Assembly: GCA_023389295.1 (NCBI GenBank)
Contig: JAEWEO010000198.1
Coordinates: 6,688-70,687 of the forward strand
DNA length: 64,000 nucleotides
Direction of reading: 5' to 3'
Source of the DNA: Bacillota bacterium
Lineage (GTDB): Bacteria; Bacillota; Clostridia; Lachnospirales; Lachnospiraceae
Shown in pieces: positions 42,824 to 53,665 of the stretch; within the stretch, counting starts at the first letter, position 1; every line of letters begins with the position of its first letter. The notes below the pieces were generated by a model. It did no database searches, was not told the DNA's origin, and saw only the letters and a list, made by a program, of their open reading frames with translations. Position numbers and translations under genes: made by a program.

Positions 42824-42868
42824 ATAAAGAGCGATTTAAGCTAGCTTAAATATAATGTGATTTAAGCT
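42817..42868. repeat. Two tandem 26-bp palindromic units overlapping the rpmC stop
   Basis: AGCTTAAAT-N8-ATTTAAGCT twice, with different loops. Confidence 0.85.
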
Positions 42869-42935
42869 GGATATCTAATCAGATCGGAATGATTGACCCT
42901 TGGGTTATCCAAAGATCATGGAAAGGAGTAACGTT

Positions 42936-43190
42936 GTGGAAAGAAATTTAAGAAAAGTTCGTATCGGCAAAGTAGTTAGCAACAAGATGGATAAGACTGT
43001 TGTTGTAGCTGTACTTGATAACGTAAAACATCCTCTGTATGGTAAAATTGTAAAGAGAACTTACAAATTAAAAGCACACGATGAGAACAATGAGTGCAAC
43101 ATCGGAGATAGAGTGAAAGTAATGGAAACCAGACCTTTATCCAAGGATAAGAGATGGAGACTTGTGGAGATTGTTGAGAAGGCGAAGTAA
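42936..43190 (+). CDS. rpsQ: 30S ribosomal protein S17
   Basis: [28 protein letters not shown] start. Confidence 0.98.
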   Translation: MERNLRKVRIGKVVSNKMDKTVVVAVLDNVKHPLYGKIVKRTYKLKAHDENNECNIGDRVKVMETRPLSKDKRWRLVEIVEKAK

Positions 43191-43393
43191 TCTCGATTAA
43201 GAGAAGAAAAACTGACATAAAGCATAAATTCACTGTGGGTTCAATGCATCGAACTACATAGGAAAACGGTTTTACCGGTTTTTTGTGGAACTTCGATACT
43301 GAATTCAATGATTGGTACGCATATCCGGCGTATATAGTCAAAAAAGAACTTCGAACTAAGGAGTTCTTGATTACAACTGAAAGGAGTATTATC

Positions 43394-43762
43394 ATGATAC
43401 AAGCTGAATCCAGACTTAGAGTTGCCGACAATACCGGTGCTAAAGAGTTACTTTGCATCAGAGTTCTTGGCGGATCAACCAGAAGATATGCTAATATAGG
43501 CGATATCATTGTTGCTTCGGTTAAAGATGCAACACCAGGTGGTGTTGTTAAGAAGGGCGATGTAGTTAAGGCTGTTGTTGTTCGTACAGTTAAGGGAGCA
43601 CGCCGTAAAGATGGTTCCTATATTAGATTTGATGAGAATGCTGCTGTAATTATTAAAGAAGATAAGAATCCGAAGGGAACTCGTATCTTTGGACCGGTAG
43701 CGAGAGAATTAAGAGAGAAACAATTCATGAAAATCGTTTCTTTAGCACCAGAAGTATTGTAG
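43394..43762 (+). CDS. rplN: 50S ribosomal protein L14
   Basis: [20 protein letters not shown]. Confidence 0.99.
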   Translation: MIQAESRLRVADNTGAKELLCIRVLGGSTRRYANIGDIIVASVKDATPGGVVKKGDVVKAVVVRTVKGARRKDGSYIRFDENAAVIIKEDKNPKGTRIFGPVARELREKQFMKIVSLAPEVL

Positions 43763-43776
43763 GGAGGTGTCGACTA

Positions 43777-44094
43777 GTGGCAACGATGAAAATTAAAAAG
43801 AATGATAACGTTAAGGTTATCACCGGTAAGGATAAAGGTAAAGAAGGCAAAGTAATCGCTGTTGTTGACGGGAAGTTGTTAGTAGAAGGCGTTAACACCG
43901 TTTCTAAGCACAGTAAAGCAAGCCAAAAGAATCCGAAGGGTGGAATTATCCATCAAGAATCACCGATAGATGCATCAAACGTAATGTTAGTTCACAAGGG
44001 CAAACCTACTAGAGTTGGTTTTAAGACAGTTGAAAGCAAGAAGGGTCCTAAAAAAGTACGTTTTGCTAAGACTACCGGCGATGTTATTGATTAA
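43777..44094 (+). CDS. rplX: 50S ribosomal protein L24
   Basis: [20 protein letters not shown]. Confidence 0.98.
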   Translation: MATMKIKKNDNVKVITGKDKGKEGKVIAVVDGKLLVEGVNTVSKHSKASQKNPKGGIIHQESPIDASNVMLVHKGKPTRVGFKTVESKKGPKKVRFAKTTGDVID

Positions 44095-44117
44095 TTCAGA
44101 GAGGAGGAACATTTGCG

Positions 44118-44657
44118 TTGGCTAGATTAAAAGAATTATATAAAAATGAGATAGTAGCCGGCATGACAAAAAAGTTCGGTTATAAGAACGTAATGGAAGT
44201 GCCGAAGATTGATAAAATTGTCATCAACATGGGTGTTGGTGAAGCCAAAGATAATGCTAAGGTTTTAGATGCAGCTCTCAAAGACATGGAGATCATTGCA
44301 GGACAGAAGCCTGTTATCACAAGGGCAAAGAAATCCGTTGCTAACTTCAAGTTAAGAGAAGGAATGGCAATTGGATGTAAAGTAACATTAAGAGGCGAGA
44401 AAATGTACGAGTTCGCTGATCGTTTAATCAACTTAGCATTACCTCGCGTACGTGACTTTAGAGGTGTAAATCCGAATGCATTCGACGGTAGAGGTAATTA
44501 TTCTCTTGGTATCAAAGAGCAATTAATCTTCCCTGAAATCGAGTACGATAAGGTTGATAAGGTAAGAGGTATGGATATCATCTTCGTTACCACTGCAAAG
44601 TCAGATGAAGAGGCTCGTGAACTGTTAACACAATTCGGTATGCCATTTAGAAAATAG
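44118..44657 (+). CDS. rplE: 50S ribosomal protein L5
   Basis: [21 protein letters not shown] start. Confidence 0.99.
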   Translation: MARLKELYKNEIVAGMTKKFGYKNVMEVPKIDKIVINMGVGEAKDNAKVLDAALKDMEIIAGQKPVITRAKKSVANFKLREGMAIGCKVTLRGEKMYEFADRLINLALPRVRDFRGVNPNAFDGRGNYSLGIKEQLIFPEIEYDKVDKVRGMDIIFVTTAKSDEEARELLTQFGMPFRK

Positions 44658-44670
44658 AGGAGGTATTTCC

Positions 44671-44856
44671 ATGGCTAAAACGTCAATGAAAGTAAAACAA
44701 CAACGTACGCAGAAATTCTCCACTAGAGAATATAACCGTTGCAGAATTTGTGGTCGTCCGCATGCATATTTAAGAAAATACGGAATCTGCAGAATTTGTT
44801 TTCGTGAATTAGCGTACAAAGGACAGATACCAGGCGTTAAGAAAGCTAGCTGGTAA
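44671..44856 (+). CDS. rpsZ: 30S ribosomal protein S14 type Z
   Basis: 61 aa; CRICGRP...CRICFR zinc motif. Confidence 0.97.
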   Translation: MAKTSMKVKQQRTQKFSTREYNRCRICGRPHAYLRKYGICRICFRELAYKGQIPGVKKASW

Positions 44857-44880
44857 GAGTTAAGAAAGGAGGCAAATGAA

Positions 44881-45282
44881 ATGACAATGAGCGATCCCAT
44901 TGCAGATATGCTTACAAGAATACGTAATGCAAATACTGCGAAACATGATACAGTAGATATTCCTGCTTCTAAGATGAAAATTGCTATTGCCGATATCCTC
45001 GTAAGGGAAGGTTATATCAAGAAGTACGAAATAGAAGAAGTAGAAAACTTTAAGACTATCCATGTTACATTAAAATATGGTAAAGATAAAAATGTGAAGA
45101 TTATCACAGGCCTTAAGAGAATTTCCAAACCGGGGCTTCGAGTATATGCAAGCAAAGACAATATGCCGAAGGTTCTTGGAGGTTTAGGCGTTGCTATCAT
45201 TTCTACAAACAAAGGTGTTATCACCGATAAAGAAGCTAGAGAATTAAAGGTAGGCGGCGAGGTACTCGCATTCGTTTGGTAA
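44881..45282 (+). CDS. rpsH: 30S ribosomal protein S8
   Basis: [21 protein letters not shown]. Confidence 0.99.
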   Translation: MTMSDPIADMLTRIRNANTAKHDTVDIPASKMKIAIADILVREGYIKKYEIEEVENFKTIHVTLKYGKDKNVKIITGLKRISKPGLRVYASKDNMPKVLGGLGVAIISTNKGVITDKEARELKVGGEVLAFVW

Positions 45283-45413
45283 ATTCATTCTGTAAACTTT
45301 TACAGGGCAAAATCACTTCTAGAGGTGATTTTGCTGGCAAACGGATAACAACGTTTTACACAAATGAATTGACACGTTCTTTCATTTGTCAAATATAATT
45401 AGGAGGTGCGGGC

Positions 45414-45956
45414 ATGTCACGTATAGGAAGAATGCCTATCGCTATACCTGCAGGTGTAACTGTAGTTGTAGCAGAAAATAATAAAGTGACCGTGAAAGGT
45501 CCTAAGGGAACATTAGAGAGAGTGTTACCCGCTGAGATGCAAATCAAAGTCGAGGGTGCTGAAGTAGTAGTTACCAGACCCAATGATTTAAAGAAAATGA
45601 AGTCCTTACATGGTCTTACCAGAACATTAATTGCTAACATGGTAGTTGGTGTTACCGAAGGATACCAAAAGGTATTAGAAATCAACGGTGTTGGTTATAG
45701 AGCTGCAAAGAGTGGTAAAGAAATAACATTGACTTTAGGTTACTCCCATCCGGTTGTTATGGTTGATCCGGAAGGCATTGAATCCGTTCTGGAAGGTCAA
45801 AACAAGATTATTATTAAAGGTATAGATAAAGAAAAGGTTGGCCAATACGCCGCTGAAATCAGAGCAAAGAGAGCACCGGAACCTTACAAGGGTAAAGGTA
45901 TTAAGTATTCTGATGAAGTGATCAGACGCAAGGTTGGTAAAACCGGTAAGAAATAA
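45414..45956 (+). CDS. rplF: 50S ribosomal protein L6
   Basis: [20 protein letters not shown]. Confidence 0.99.
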   Translation: MSRIGRMPIAIPAGVTVVVAENNKVTVKGPKGTLERVLPAEMQIKVEGAEVVVTRPNDLKKMKSLHGLTRTLIANMVVGVTEGYQKVLEINGVGYRAAKSGKEITLTLGYSHPVVMVDPEGIESVLEGQNKIIIKGIDKEKVGQYAAEIRAKRAPEPYKGKGIKYSDEVIRRKVGKTGKK

Positions 45957-45973
45957 GGGAGGAGTGAAATTAA

Positions 45974-46342
45974 ATGGTTAGTAAAGAATCAAGATCTAAA
46001 GTTCGTGTAAAAAAACATTTAAAATTACGTAATCGTTTCACAGGTACTCCTGAGAGACCGCGTTTGGCTGTGTTTAGAAGCAACAACCACATGTATGCAC
46101 AGATTATTGATGATACAGTAGGTATGACTTTAGTAGCAGCTTCCACACTTGAAAAAGATGTTAAGGCTGAGCTTACGAAGACCAATGATGTAGCAGCAGC
46201 AGCATACTTAGGAACTGTTATCGCAAAGAAAGCATTGGAAAAAGGTATTAAGGCTGTTGTCTTTGATAGAGGTGGCTTCATATATCAAGGAAAAGTAAAA
46301 GCATTGGCAGACGCAGCCCGCGCGGCTGGTCTGGAATTCTAA
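45974..46342 (+). CDS. rplR: 50S ribosomal protein L18
   Basis: [18 protein letters not shown]. Confidence 0.99.
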   Translation: MVSKESRSKVRVKKHLKLRNRFTGTPERPRLAVFRSNNHMYAQIIDDTVGMTLVAASTLEKDVKAELTKTNDVAAAAYLGTVIAKKALEKGIKAVVFDRGGFIYQGKVKALADAARAAGLEF

Positions 46343-46358
46343 GCAAGGAGGAAAACAC

Positions 46359-46868
46359 ATGAAACGTACAATCGTTGATGCCAGTCAACTGGAATTAGAA
46401 GATAAAGTAGTATCCATCAAACGTGTAACTAAGGTTGTAAAAGGTGGTCGTAACTTCAGATTTACAGCATTAGTAGTTGTTGGTGACAAGAACGGACACG
46501 TTGGCGCTGGACTCGGAAAAGCCGCTGAAATTCCAGAGGCTATTCGTAAAGGTAAAGAAGACGCGATTAAGAAATTAATCAGTCTACCGATAGATGAAAA
46601 TGGCAGTGTACCACATGACTTCATGGGTAAATTCGGTAGTTCTACTGTATTACTGAAACGTGCTCCTGAAGGTACTGGTATTATTGCAGGTGGTCCTGCA
46701 CGTAACGTGCTTGAGCTTGCTGGCTTAAAAAATATCCGTACTAAGTCACTTGGTTCCAACAATAAGCAGAACGTTGTTCTCGCTACAATTGAAGGTTTAA
46801 GCCAATTAAAGACTCCTGAGGAAGTTGCTAAGCTTCGCGGTATTCCTGTAGAGCAGTTATTAGGTTAA
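46359..46868 (+). CDS. rpsE: 30S ribosomal protein S5
   Basis: [22 protein letters not shown]. Confidence 0.99.
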   Translation: MKRTIVDASQLELEDKVVSIKRVTKVVKGGRNFRFTALVVVGDKNGHVGAGLGKAAEIPEAIRKGKEDAIKKLISLPIDENGSVPHDFMGKFGSSTVLLKRAPEGTGIIAGGPARNVLELAGLKNIRTKSLGSNNKQNVVLATIEGLSQLKTPEEVAKLRGIPVEQLLG

Positions 46869-47015
46869 GCGGTTCTAGTCAAGTAGTGCAGCGATAGAAT
46901 AATAACTGTAGGCGCGTAATTATTCATGGCAAGTGATGAACAGGATATAATCCCCAAACGAATTGGCTTAGCCAATTCGTAAGGTTATCACTTAATTTAG
47001 ATGGAGGTGTCAGAA

Positions 47016-47198
47016 ATGGCAGATAAATTAAAAGTAACACTAGTGAAATCTACAATCGGTGCCATTCCGAAGCACAGAGCAACCGTAACAGCATTAGGTT
47101 TAAAAAAGCTTAATAAGACTGTTGAAATGCCGGATAATGCTGCTGTTAGAGGAATGCTTGATCAGGTTAGACACTTAGTTAAGGTAGAAGAAATATAA
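47016..47198 (+). CDS. rpmD: 50S ribosomal protein L30
   Basis: [11 protein letters not shown]...ALGLKK...VRHLVKVEE. Confidence 0.98.
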   Translation: MADKLKVTLVKSTIGAIPKHRATVTALGLKKLNKTVEMPDNAAVRGMLDQVRHLVKVEEI

Positions 47199-47223
47199 TT
47201 GCTTAAAGAAGGAGGTGCACGAC

Positions 47224-47664
47224 ATGAATTTATCAGAATTGAAACCTGCAGTAGGTTCCAAACAAAGCGATAACTTCAGAAGAGGACGTGGTCATGGTTC
47301 GGGTAACGGCAAAACTGCTGGTAAGGGACATAAGGGCCAGAAAGCTCGTTCCGGAGCTCCTAGAACTGGATTTGAAGGCGGTCAGATGCCTTTATACAGA
47401 AGAATTCCGAAGCGTGGTTTTACGAATAGAAACACAAAAGAAATTGTTGCAATTAACGTAGAAGTATTAAATAGATTTGAAGAAGGTACTACAGTTACAG
47501 TTGATTCATTAATAGAAGCAGGAATTATCAAAAACCCTAGAGATGGTGTAAAGATTCTTGGTCACGGCGAATTAACGAAGAAACTTGATGTCAAAGTTAA
47601 TGCTTTTAGCGCAAGTGCAACAGAAAAAATACAAGCTCTTGGTGGAAATGCTGAGGTGGTATAA
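47224..47664 (+). CDS. rplO: 50S ribosomal protein L15
   Basis: [35 protein letters not shown]. Confidence 0.99.
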   Translation: MNLSELKPAVGSKQSDNFRRGRGHGSGNGKTAGKGHKGQKARSGAPRTGFEGGQMPLYRRIPKRGFTNRNTKEIVAINVEVLNRFEEGTTVTVDSLIEAGIIKNPRDGVKILGHGELTKKLDVKVNAFSASATEKIQALGGNAEVV

Positions 47665-48986
47665 TGTTTAAAACACTGCGAAATGCTTTCAAAGTTAAGG
47701 ATATTCGAAACAGGCTTATATATACCTTTATTGCTCTTGTAGTAGTAAGATTGGGTACTTTACTTCCGGCTCCGGCTATCAGTAGGGACTATACCAATTC
47801 CATTTTTAACTCAGATGCGTTAGGTTTTTTTAACAGCTTAACTGGTGGTTCCTTTACGAACATGTCAATTTTCGCATTAAGTATTACTCCATATATCTCT
47901 GCTTCCATTATCATTCAACTTTTGACTATTGCAATTCCTAAATTAGAGGAAATGCAAAAAGAAGGTGAAGATGGTAGAAAGAAGCTTAATGAGCTTACCA
48001 GATACGTAACAGTTGGTTTGGCTGTTATTGAATCTGCAGCTTACGCAATCGGTTTTGGTAGCTCTAATGCATTAGAGGGCGGCTTAACATTTACTAACTT
48101 AATTGTTATTATAGCGTCCTTTACTGCTGGTTCTGCCTTCCTTATGTGGGTTGGTGAAAAAATCACACAGAATGGTATTGGTAATGGTATTTCCGTCATC
48201 TTGGCGGTAAATATCATTTCCACCATGCCAGATGATTTTATTGATTTATATCGCTCATATATTCAAGGTAAACCCGTTGTATCCGCAATATTAGCAGTAT
48301 TAATCACTGCTGCTGTTAGTATTTTAACGGTAGTGTTAGTTATACTTTTACAGAATGCAGAGAGAAAGATTCCTGTTACCTATGCTAAAAAAGTACAGGG
48401 AAGAAAAATGGTAGGTGGACAAACCTCTCATATTCCTCTCAAGGTTAATACAGCAGGTGTTATTCCTGTAATTTTCGCTAACTCCTTAATGACCTTCCCG
48501 GTAGTAATTGCTAACTTCTTTGGGGTATACCCAGACAGAGCATACTTCTGGCCTAAGGTATTAAAGGTATTAAGCCAGAATAGCTGGTTTGTTACTAAGA
48601 GCTGGGGAGATTTCAAGTATAGTATCGGTGTTATAATCTATATTGTACTTACTGTATTTTTTGCTTATTTCTATACATCAATTACCTTTAATCCAATTGA
48701 AGTATCAAATAACATGAAAAAGCAAGGTGGGTTTATCCCGGGTATTCGTCCTGGTAAGCCTACAACTGAGTATTTAACAAAAGTACTTAATAACATTATC
48801 TTTATCGGAGCAGTAGGCTTAGTTATAGTTTGCTTAATTCCTGTTTTAGTTTCAGGTGTATTTAATGCAAACTTTAGTTTCGGTGGAACCTCCATCATCA
48901 TTATTGTTGGTGTTGTCATCGAAACCATCAAACAAATTGAATCTCAGTTGCTGGTACGCCACTACAAAGGATTCCTAAACGACTAA
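47664..48986 (+). CDS. secY: Preprotein translocase subunit SecY
   Basis: SIFALSITPYISASII; FIPGIRPGKPT; GGTSIII. Confidence 0.99.
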   Translation: MFKTLRNAFKVKDIRNRLIYTFIALVVVRLGTLLPAPAISRDYTNSIFNSDALGFFNSLTGGSFTNMSIFALSITPYISASIIIQLLTIAIPKLEEMQKEGEDGRKKLNELTRYVTVGLAVIESAAYAIGFGSSNALEGGLTFTNLIVIIASFTAGSAFLMWVGEKITQNGIGNGISVILAVNIISTMPDDFIDLYRSYIQGKPVVSAILAVLITAAVSILTVVLVILLQNAERKIPVTYAKKVQGRKMVGGQTSHIPLKVNTAGVIPVIFANSLMTFPVVIANFFGVYPDRAYFWPKVLKVLSQNSWFVTKSWGDFKYSIGVIIYIVLTVFFAYFYTSITFNPIEVSNNMKKQGGFIPGIRPGKPTTEYLTKVLNNIIFIGAVGLVIVCLIPVLVSGVFNANFSFGGTSIIIIVGVVIETIKQIESQLLVRHYKGFLND

Positions 48987-49269
48987 AATAAATTCCGTTG
49001 TGAGATTCACAATGATGATGAAAAAGAGATAATAAATCATTTTCACGTCCGAACTGTCTCTCACAACGGTATATTGTGGTTAAAAGGATTTCACTTTCCT
49101 AGCATAGGGCATAAAAGTCCTGATTAATTAATTGGAATTTAATCGAAACGTTTGGGTAAGTGCAGTAATTGTAAGCCTCAATCGTTTATTTGAATAAAGT
49201 TAGTAGAAGTGGTAATTATTGATAAGTGACGAATGAATGCAAAATGTAATCAACAGGAGGGATATCAAC

Positions 49270-49914
49270 ATGAAAATTATTATGTTAGGTGCACCAGGTG
49301 CCGGTAAAGGCACGCAAGCTAAGAAACTGGCAGCAAAATATGGCATTCCCCACATCTCTACAGGAGATATTTTCCGTGCTAATATCAAAAACGGAACTGA
49401 ACTTGGAAAAAAAGCAAAAGTTTACATGGATCAAGGATTACTTGTTCCTGATGAATTAGTAGTAGATTTAGTAGTAGATCGTTTTAAAGAAGCAGATTGT
49501 GAAAATGGTTATGTATTAGATGGTTTTCCTAGAACTATTCCTCAGGCTAAGGCACTTGACGAAGCACTTGCTAAGAATGGCGATGCTGTAGAGTATGCAA
49601 TAGATGTTGATGTTCCCGATTCAGATATTATCAGCCGTATGGCAGGCAGAAGAGCATGCGTAAGCTGTGGCGCAACATACCATTTGGTAACAATTCCGCC
49701 GAAGAAGGAAGGTATCTGCGATATCTGTAATGCTGAGTTAATTCTTCGTGATGATGATAAGCCTGAGACCGTTGAAAAACGCCTTAAGGTATATCATGAG
49801 CAAACACAGCCTCTTATTGATTATTATCAGAACAAGGGAATATTAAAGTCCGTTAACGGAACTAGAGATTTGGAAGAAGTTTTCGCAGATATTGTTAAAA
49901 TAGTTGAAGCGTAA
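49270..49914 (+). CDS. adk: Adenylate kinase
   Basis: GAPGAGKGTQA; LDGFPRT; zinc lid CxxC...CxxC. Confidence 0.99.
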   Translation: MKIIMLGAPGAGKGTQAKKLAAKYGIPHISTGDIFRANIKNGTELGKKAKVYMDQGLLVPDELVVDLVVDRFKEADCENGYVLDGFPRTIPQAKALDEALAKNGDAVEYAIDVDVPDSDIISRMAGRRACVSCGATYHLVTIPPKKEGICDICNAELILRDDDKPETVEKRLKVYHEQTQPLIDYYQNKGILKSVNGTRDLEEVFADIVKIVEA

Positions 49915-49989
49915 ATTATCTATATAAATGACATAATGCACGAGATCTTAGTATGGAAGCGACGTGCTAAATAGAAAGGAAGAGATTGC

Positions 49990-50745
49990 ATGGCTATTAG
50001 TATTAAATCAGAGAAAGAAATTGCACTTATGCGAGAGTCCGGACGGATTTTGGCATCGGTATTGGAGGAACTACAGGCAATGATTAGAAGTGGCATCTCC
50101 ACTCTGGATATTGATAGAAAGTGTGCTGAATTAATTAAGCAATATAATTGTATTCCTTCCTTTCTTAATTACAATGGCTATCCGGCATCCGTCTGTATTT
50201 CAGTAAATGACGAAGTTGTTCATGGAATACCCAGTAAGAAGAGAATCCTAGAGGATGGCGATATCGTCAGTTTGGACTGTGGAGTTATTTATCAGGGCTT
50301 TCATTCCGATGCAGCTAGAACAGTTGCCGTTGGCGAGATTTCTTCTGAGGCAAAGCGTTTAATTGATGTTACCAAACAAAGCTTTTATGAAGGTATTAAG
50401 TATGCCAAAGAAGGTCATCATTTACATGAGATCTCGGAAGCAATCCAAACTTATGTTGAAGCACATGGCTACTCGGTAGTTAGGGATTTGGTGGGACATG
50501 GAATAGGACGCAACCTTCATGAAGAACCGCAGATACCAAATTTCAAACAAAAACGCAGAGGTCCAAAGCTTGAGGCAGGAATGACATTAGCCATTGAACC
50601 AATGGTTAATGTTGGACGCTATGATGTATATTGGGAGGATGATGATTGGACGGTTGTAACAGCTGACGGATCACTCTCCGCTCATTATGAAAATACGGTT
50701 CTGATTACCAACGGAGAACCGGAGATTTTAACCGTTTTAAAGTAG
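49990..50745 (+). CDS. map: Type I methionine aminopeptidase
   Basis: SVNDEVVHGIP; GHGIG; AIEPM; AHYENT. Confidence 0.98.
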   Translation: MAISIKSEKEIALMRESGRILASVLEELQAMIRSGISTLDIDRKCAELIKQYNCIPSFLNYNGYPASVCISVNDEVVHGIPSKKRILEDGDIVSLDCGVIYQGFHSDAARTVAVGEISSEAKRLIDVTKQSFYEGIKYAKEGHHLHEISEAIQTYVEAHGYSVVRDLVGHGIGRNLHEEPQIPNFKQKRRGPKLEAGMTLAIEPMVNVGRYDVYWEDDDWTVVTADGSLSAHYENTVLITNGEPEILTVLK

Positions 50746-50800
50746 TATATTTTACTAGCAATGAGACATACGTAAAAAAATCCGGGAAAGGTTATGTTAG

Positions 50801-51064
50801 ATGATGAATGAGTTTAACATCGGAGGCTTCGTAATTGCTACGGCAGGCCATGATACCGGTAAAAGTTATGTAATAATTCAGATAGAGAATGAATATGTAT
50901 ATTTAGTGGATGGCAGAATTAGAACTCTGGATCGTCCAAAAAAGAAAAAAAAGATGCATGTAAAATTGATTGATCACACAGATCAGGTCTTAGCTGAAAA
51001 GATAAGAAACCAATCAGTAAAAAACGAAGAGATAAAAAGAGCAATCAAATTGTTGCAATACTAA
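50801..51064 (+). CDS. KOW-domain RNA-binding protein (L14e-like)
   Basis: AGHDTG...[17 protein letters not shown]; conserved map-infA position. Confidence 0.88.
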   Translation: MMNEFNIGGFVIATAGHDTGKSYVIIQIENEYVYLVDGRIRTLDRPKKKKKMHVKLIDHTDQVLAEKIRNQSVKNEEIKRAIKLLQY

Positions 51065-51086
51065 AATTCAAGTAAGGAGGCCTATA

Positions 51087-51305
51087 ATGTCAAAGACCGA
51101 TGTTGTTGAAATCGAAGGAACAGTAATCGAAAAACTACCGAACGCCATGTTCCAGGTTGAGCTTGAAAACGGACACAAAGTATTGGCACATATTAGTGGT
51201 AAGCTTCGTATGAATTTTATTAAAATCGTACCAGGCGACAAGGTTACACTTGAGCTATCACCTTATGATTTATCTAAGGGCAGAATTATCTGGAGAGATA
51301 AATAA
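51087..51305 (+). CDS. infA: Translation initiation factor IF-1
   Basis: [24 protein letters not shown]. Confidence 0.99.
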   Translation: MSKTDVVEIEGTVIEKLPNAMFQVELENGHKVLAHISGKLRMNFIKIVPGDKVTLELSPYDLSKGRIIWRDK

Positions 51306-51507
51306 AACACTCAAAAAAATTAGCATAGCTAATGGGTCTATACTACAATTTGATGAAGAGACACATTGTTATAAAGACAGTTGTCAAAATGTCACATTGA
51401 GGTTGGACACATTTTAGATATGACAAGTAAAACATCTCACATTTTACTTGGATAGGACAAGTTTTGGCAACCTTAAAAAAACTTGTCGCAACTATAAAAA
51501 ATATTGC

Positions 51508-51536
51508 TTGCTATTGTATAACTGCGGTGATATAAT
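51508..51536 (+). promoter_or_regulatory. Sigma-A promoter for rpmJ and the alpha operon
   Basis: TTGCTA-17 bp-TATAAT with TG extension. Confidence 0.7.
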
Positions 51537-51570
51537 AGTAAACGGACTTTTTTGAAAGGGGTGAATTACT

Positions 51571-51684
51571 GTGAAAGTAAGGTCATCAGTAAAACCGATT
51601 TGCGAAAAATGCAAAATCATTAGAAGAAAGGGTGCAATCAGAGTCATCTGTGAGAACCCGAAACACAAACAAAGACAAGGCTAA
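51571..51684 (+). CDS. rpmJ: 50S ribosomal protein L36
   Basis: Not in the ORF track. Manual translation gives [37 protein letters not shown]. Confidence 0.98.
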   Translation: MKVRSSVKPICEKCKIIRRKGAIRVICENPKHKQRQG

Positions 51685-51988
51685 TATACAATAGTTCGGG
51701 TACCTCAAAGACTCGTTATTGTTTTATATATTCTAGTTCTTGCTTTTTGTGTTACAATCATCTATCGGTCATCGAAGAATGAACCGGTAAGAACATTGTG
51801 ATATTGTGGGCAGACATACGGTCCATCTAACCGTTATCGTACTGTCTTAAGAACCGTGCCGTCATCATGGAGTCTTAGCCTCAAGCTGATTGTCTTGAGA
51901 GTCACAATTTAAAGCGGCTGTGGTAATGCGTGATAGTTATTTTGCATTACAAGTAACAAAAACATAATTTTGGAGGTGTAAAAAGCAC

Positions 51989-52357
51989 ATGGCTCGTATC
52001 AGTGGTGTAGATTTACCAAGAGAGAAACGTGTAGAAATCGGACTTACCTATATTTACGGTATCGGTAGAGTAAGTGCGAATCGAATTCTTACAGCGGCAA
52101 ATGTTAATCCAGACACTCGTGTTAGGGACTTAACAGATGAAGAAGTAGGTAGAATTCGTGATATTATCGATGAAAGTTTTCAAGTAGAAGGTGATTTAAG
52201 AAGAGAAATCGCCCTTAACATTAAGAGACTTCAAGAAATTGGATGCTATAGAGGTATCCGTCATAGAAAAGGACTTCCGGTTCGTGGTCAGAAGACTAAG
52301 ACTAACGCTAGAACTAGAAAAGGTCCTAGAAGAACTGTTGCTAATAAGAAGAAATAA
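51989..52357 (+). CDS. rpsM: 30S ribosomal protein S13
   Basis: [28 protein letters not shown]. Confidence 0.99.
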   Translation: MARISGVDLPREKRVEIGLTYIYGIGRVSANRILTAANVNPDTRVRDLTDEEVGRIRDIIDESFQVEGDLRREIALNIKRLQEIGCYRGIRHRKGLPVRGQKTKTNARTRKGPRRTVANKKK

Positions 52358-52577
52358 TTCAAATTAATGAATTCTTCATTACAATAACAGATATCTACCG
52401 ATGGTGAGATCTATGTTGTTGAAGTAGTAACGTTTAAACTAACTAAGTAATCAGTAAGTCCGTAACGATGGATACGGATATAGAGACGCTTATGACACGC
52501 GTGGCGCGTATATAAGCAACACAATTGAGAGATAAGACAATTTCAATTGCGAATAATCCAATAGGAGGGTTTGTTAG

Positions 52578-52982
52578 ATGGCTAAGAAAATGGCAACATC
52601 AGCTAAAAAAGTGACAAAGAAGCGTGTGAAGAAGAATGTCGATCGTGGACAGGCACACATTCAGTCATCTTTTAACAATACAATTGTTACGCTGACCGAT
52701 GCAGAAGGTAATGCACTTTCTTGGGCAAGTGCCGGTGGATTAGGTTTCAGAGGTTCAAGAAAATCAACAGCTTATGCAGCACAGATGGCAGCTGAAACAG
52801 CAGCAAAGGCAGCACTTGTTCATGGTTTAAAATCAGTAGAGGTTATGGTTAAAGGACCTGGCCAGGGTCGTGAAGCAGCAATTCGTGCACTTCAGGCTTG
52901 TGGTATCGAAGTAACAAGCATTAAGGACGTAACTCCCGTTCCTCATAACGGATGTCGTCCACCTAAACGTAGAAGAGTCTAA
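52578..52982 (+). CDS. rpsK: 30S ribosomal protein S11
   Basis: [26 protein letters not shown]. Confidence 0.99.
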   Translation: MAKKMATSAKKVTKKRVKKNVDRGQAHIQSSFNNTIVTLTDAEGNALSWASAGGLGFRGSRKSTAYAAQMAAETAAKAALVHGLKSVEVMVKGPGQGREAAIRALQACGIEVTSIKDVTPVPHNGCRPPKRRRV

Positions 52983-53000
52983 TTAAGGAGGTATATAAAG

Positions 53001-53597
53001 ATGGCAAGAGATATGAGCCCAGTTTTAAAAAGATGTAGATCCCTTGGTCTGGAACCTGCTTACTTAGGAATTGATAAAAAATCAAACAGAACTTCATCAA
53101 GAGCAGGAAAGAAGACTAGCGAATATGGTTCTCAGTTAAGAGAAAAGCAGAAAGCAAAATTCATCTATGGTATGTTAGAAAAGCCTTTCAGAAACTTATT
53201 TGCAAGAGCTCAAAAGATGAAGAACGGTACTGTGGGTGAGAACCTGATGACTCTGTTAGAGCTTAGACTTGACAATGTTATGTTCCGTATGGGATATGGC
53301 AGAACAAGAAAAGAAGCTAGACAGATCGTTGATCACAAGCACGTATTAGTAAACGGCAAGTGTGTTAATATCCCGTCCTATACAATGAAAGCGGGAGATA
53401 CGATTGAAATTAAAGAGAAATTTAAAAATACACAGAGATATAAGGATATCTTTGAGGTAACAGACGGAAGAACCGTACCTGCATGGCTTGAATCAAATCA
53501 CGAGACTTTTACAGGTGTTGTTAAGGAAGTTCCTACCAGAGACCAGATTGATGTTCCGGTAAACGAAGTGTTAATTGTCGAGTTGTACTCCAAATAA
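53001..53597 (+). CDS. rpsD: 30S ribosomal protein S4
   Basis: SEYGSQLREKQK; LELRLDNV; IVELYSK. Confidence 0.99.
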   Translation: MARDMSPVLKRCRSLGLEPAYLGIDKKSNRTSSRAGKKTSEYGSQLREKQKAKFIYGMLEKPFRNLFARAQKMKNGTVGENLMTLLELRLDNVMFRMGYGRTRKEARQIVDHKHVLVNGKCVNIPSYTMKAGDTIEIKEKFKNTQRYKDIFEVTDGRTVPAWLESNHETFTGVVKEVPTRDQIDVPVNEVLIVELYSK

Positions 53598-53665
53598 TAA
53601 ATATCTTATCATTATTATTCGAGTAATAACCAGCAACTCAAAATACCCAGAAGGAGGGTCCTGTT

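Noticed and set aside
43283..43393. Long N-terminal extensions given by the ORF track for rplN (also rpsJ, rpsS, rpsQ, adk, rpmG)
   Set aside because: Strong RBSs sit at the downstream canonical starts; the extensions are just open upstream frames.
53001..53080. S4 lacking a full zinc motif while S14, L33 and L36 are zinc-binding types
   Set aside because: Zinc-free S4 variants are widespread.
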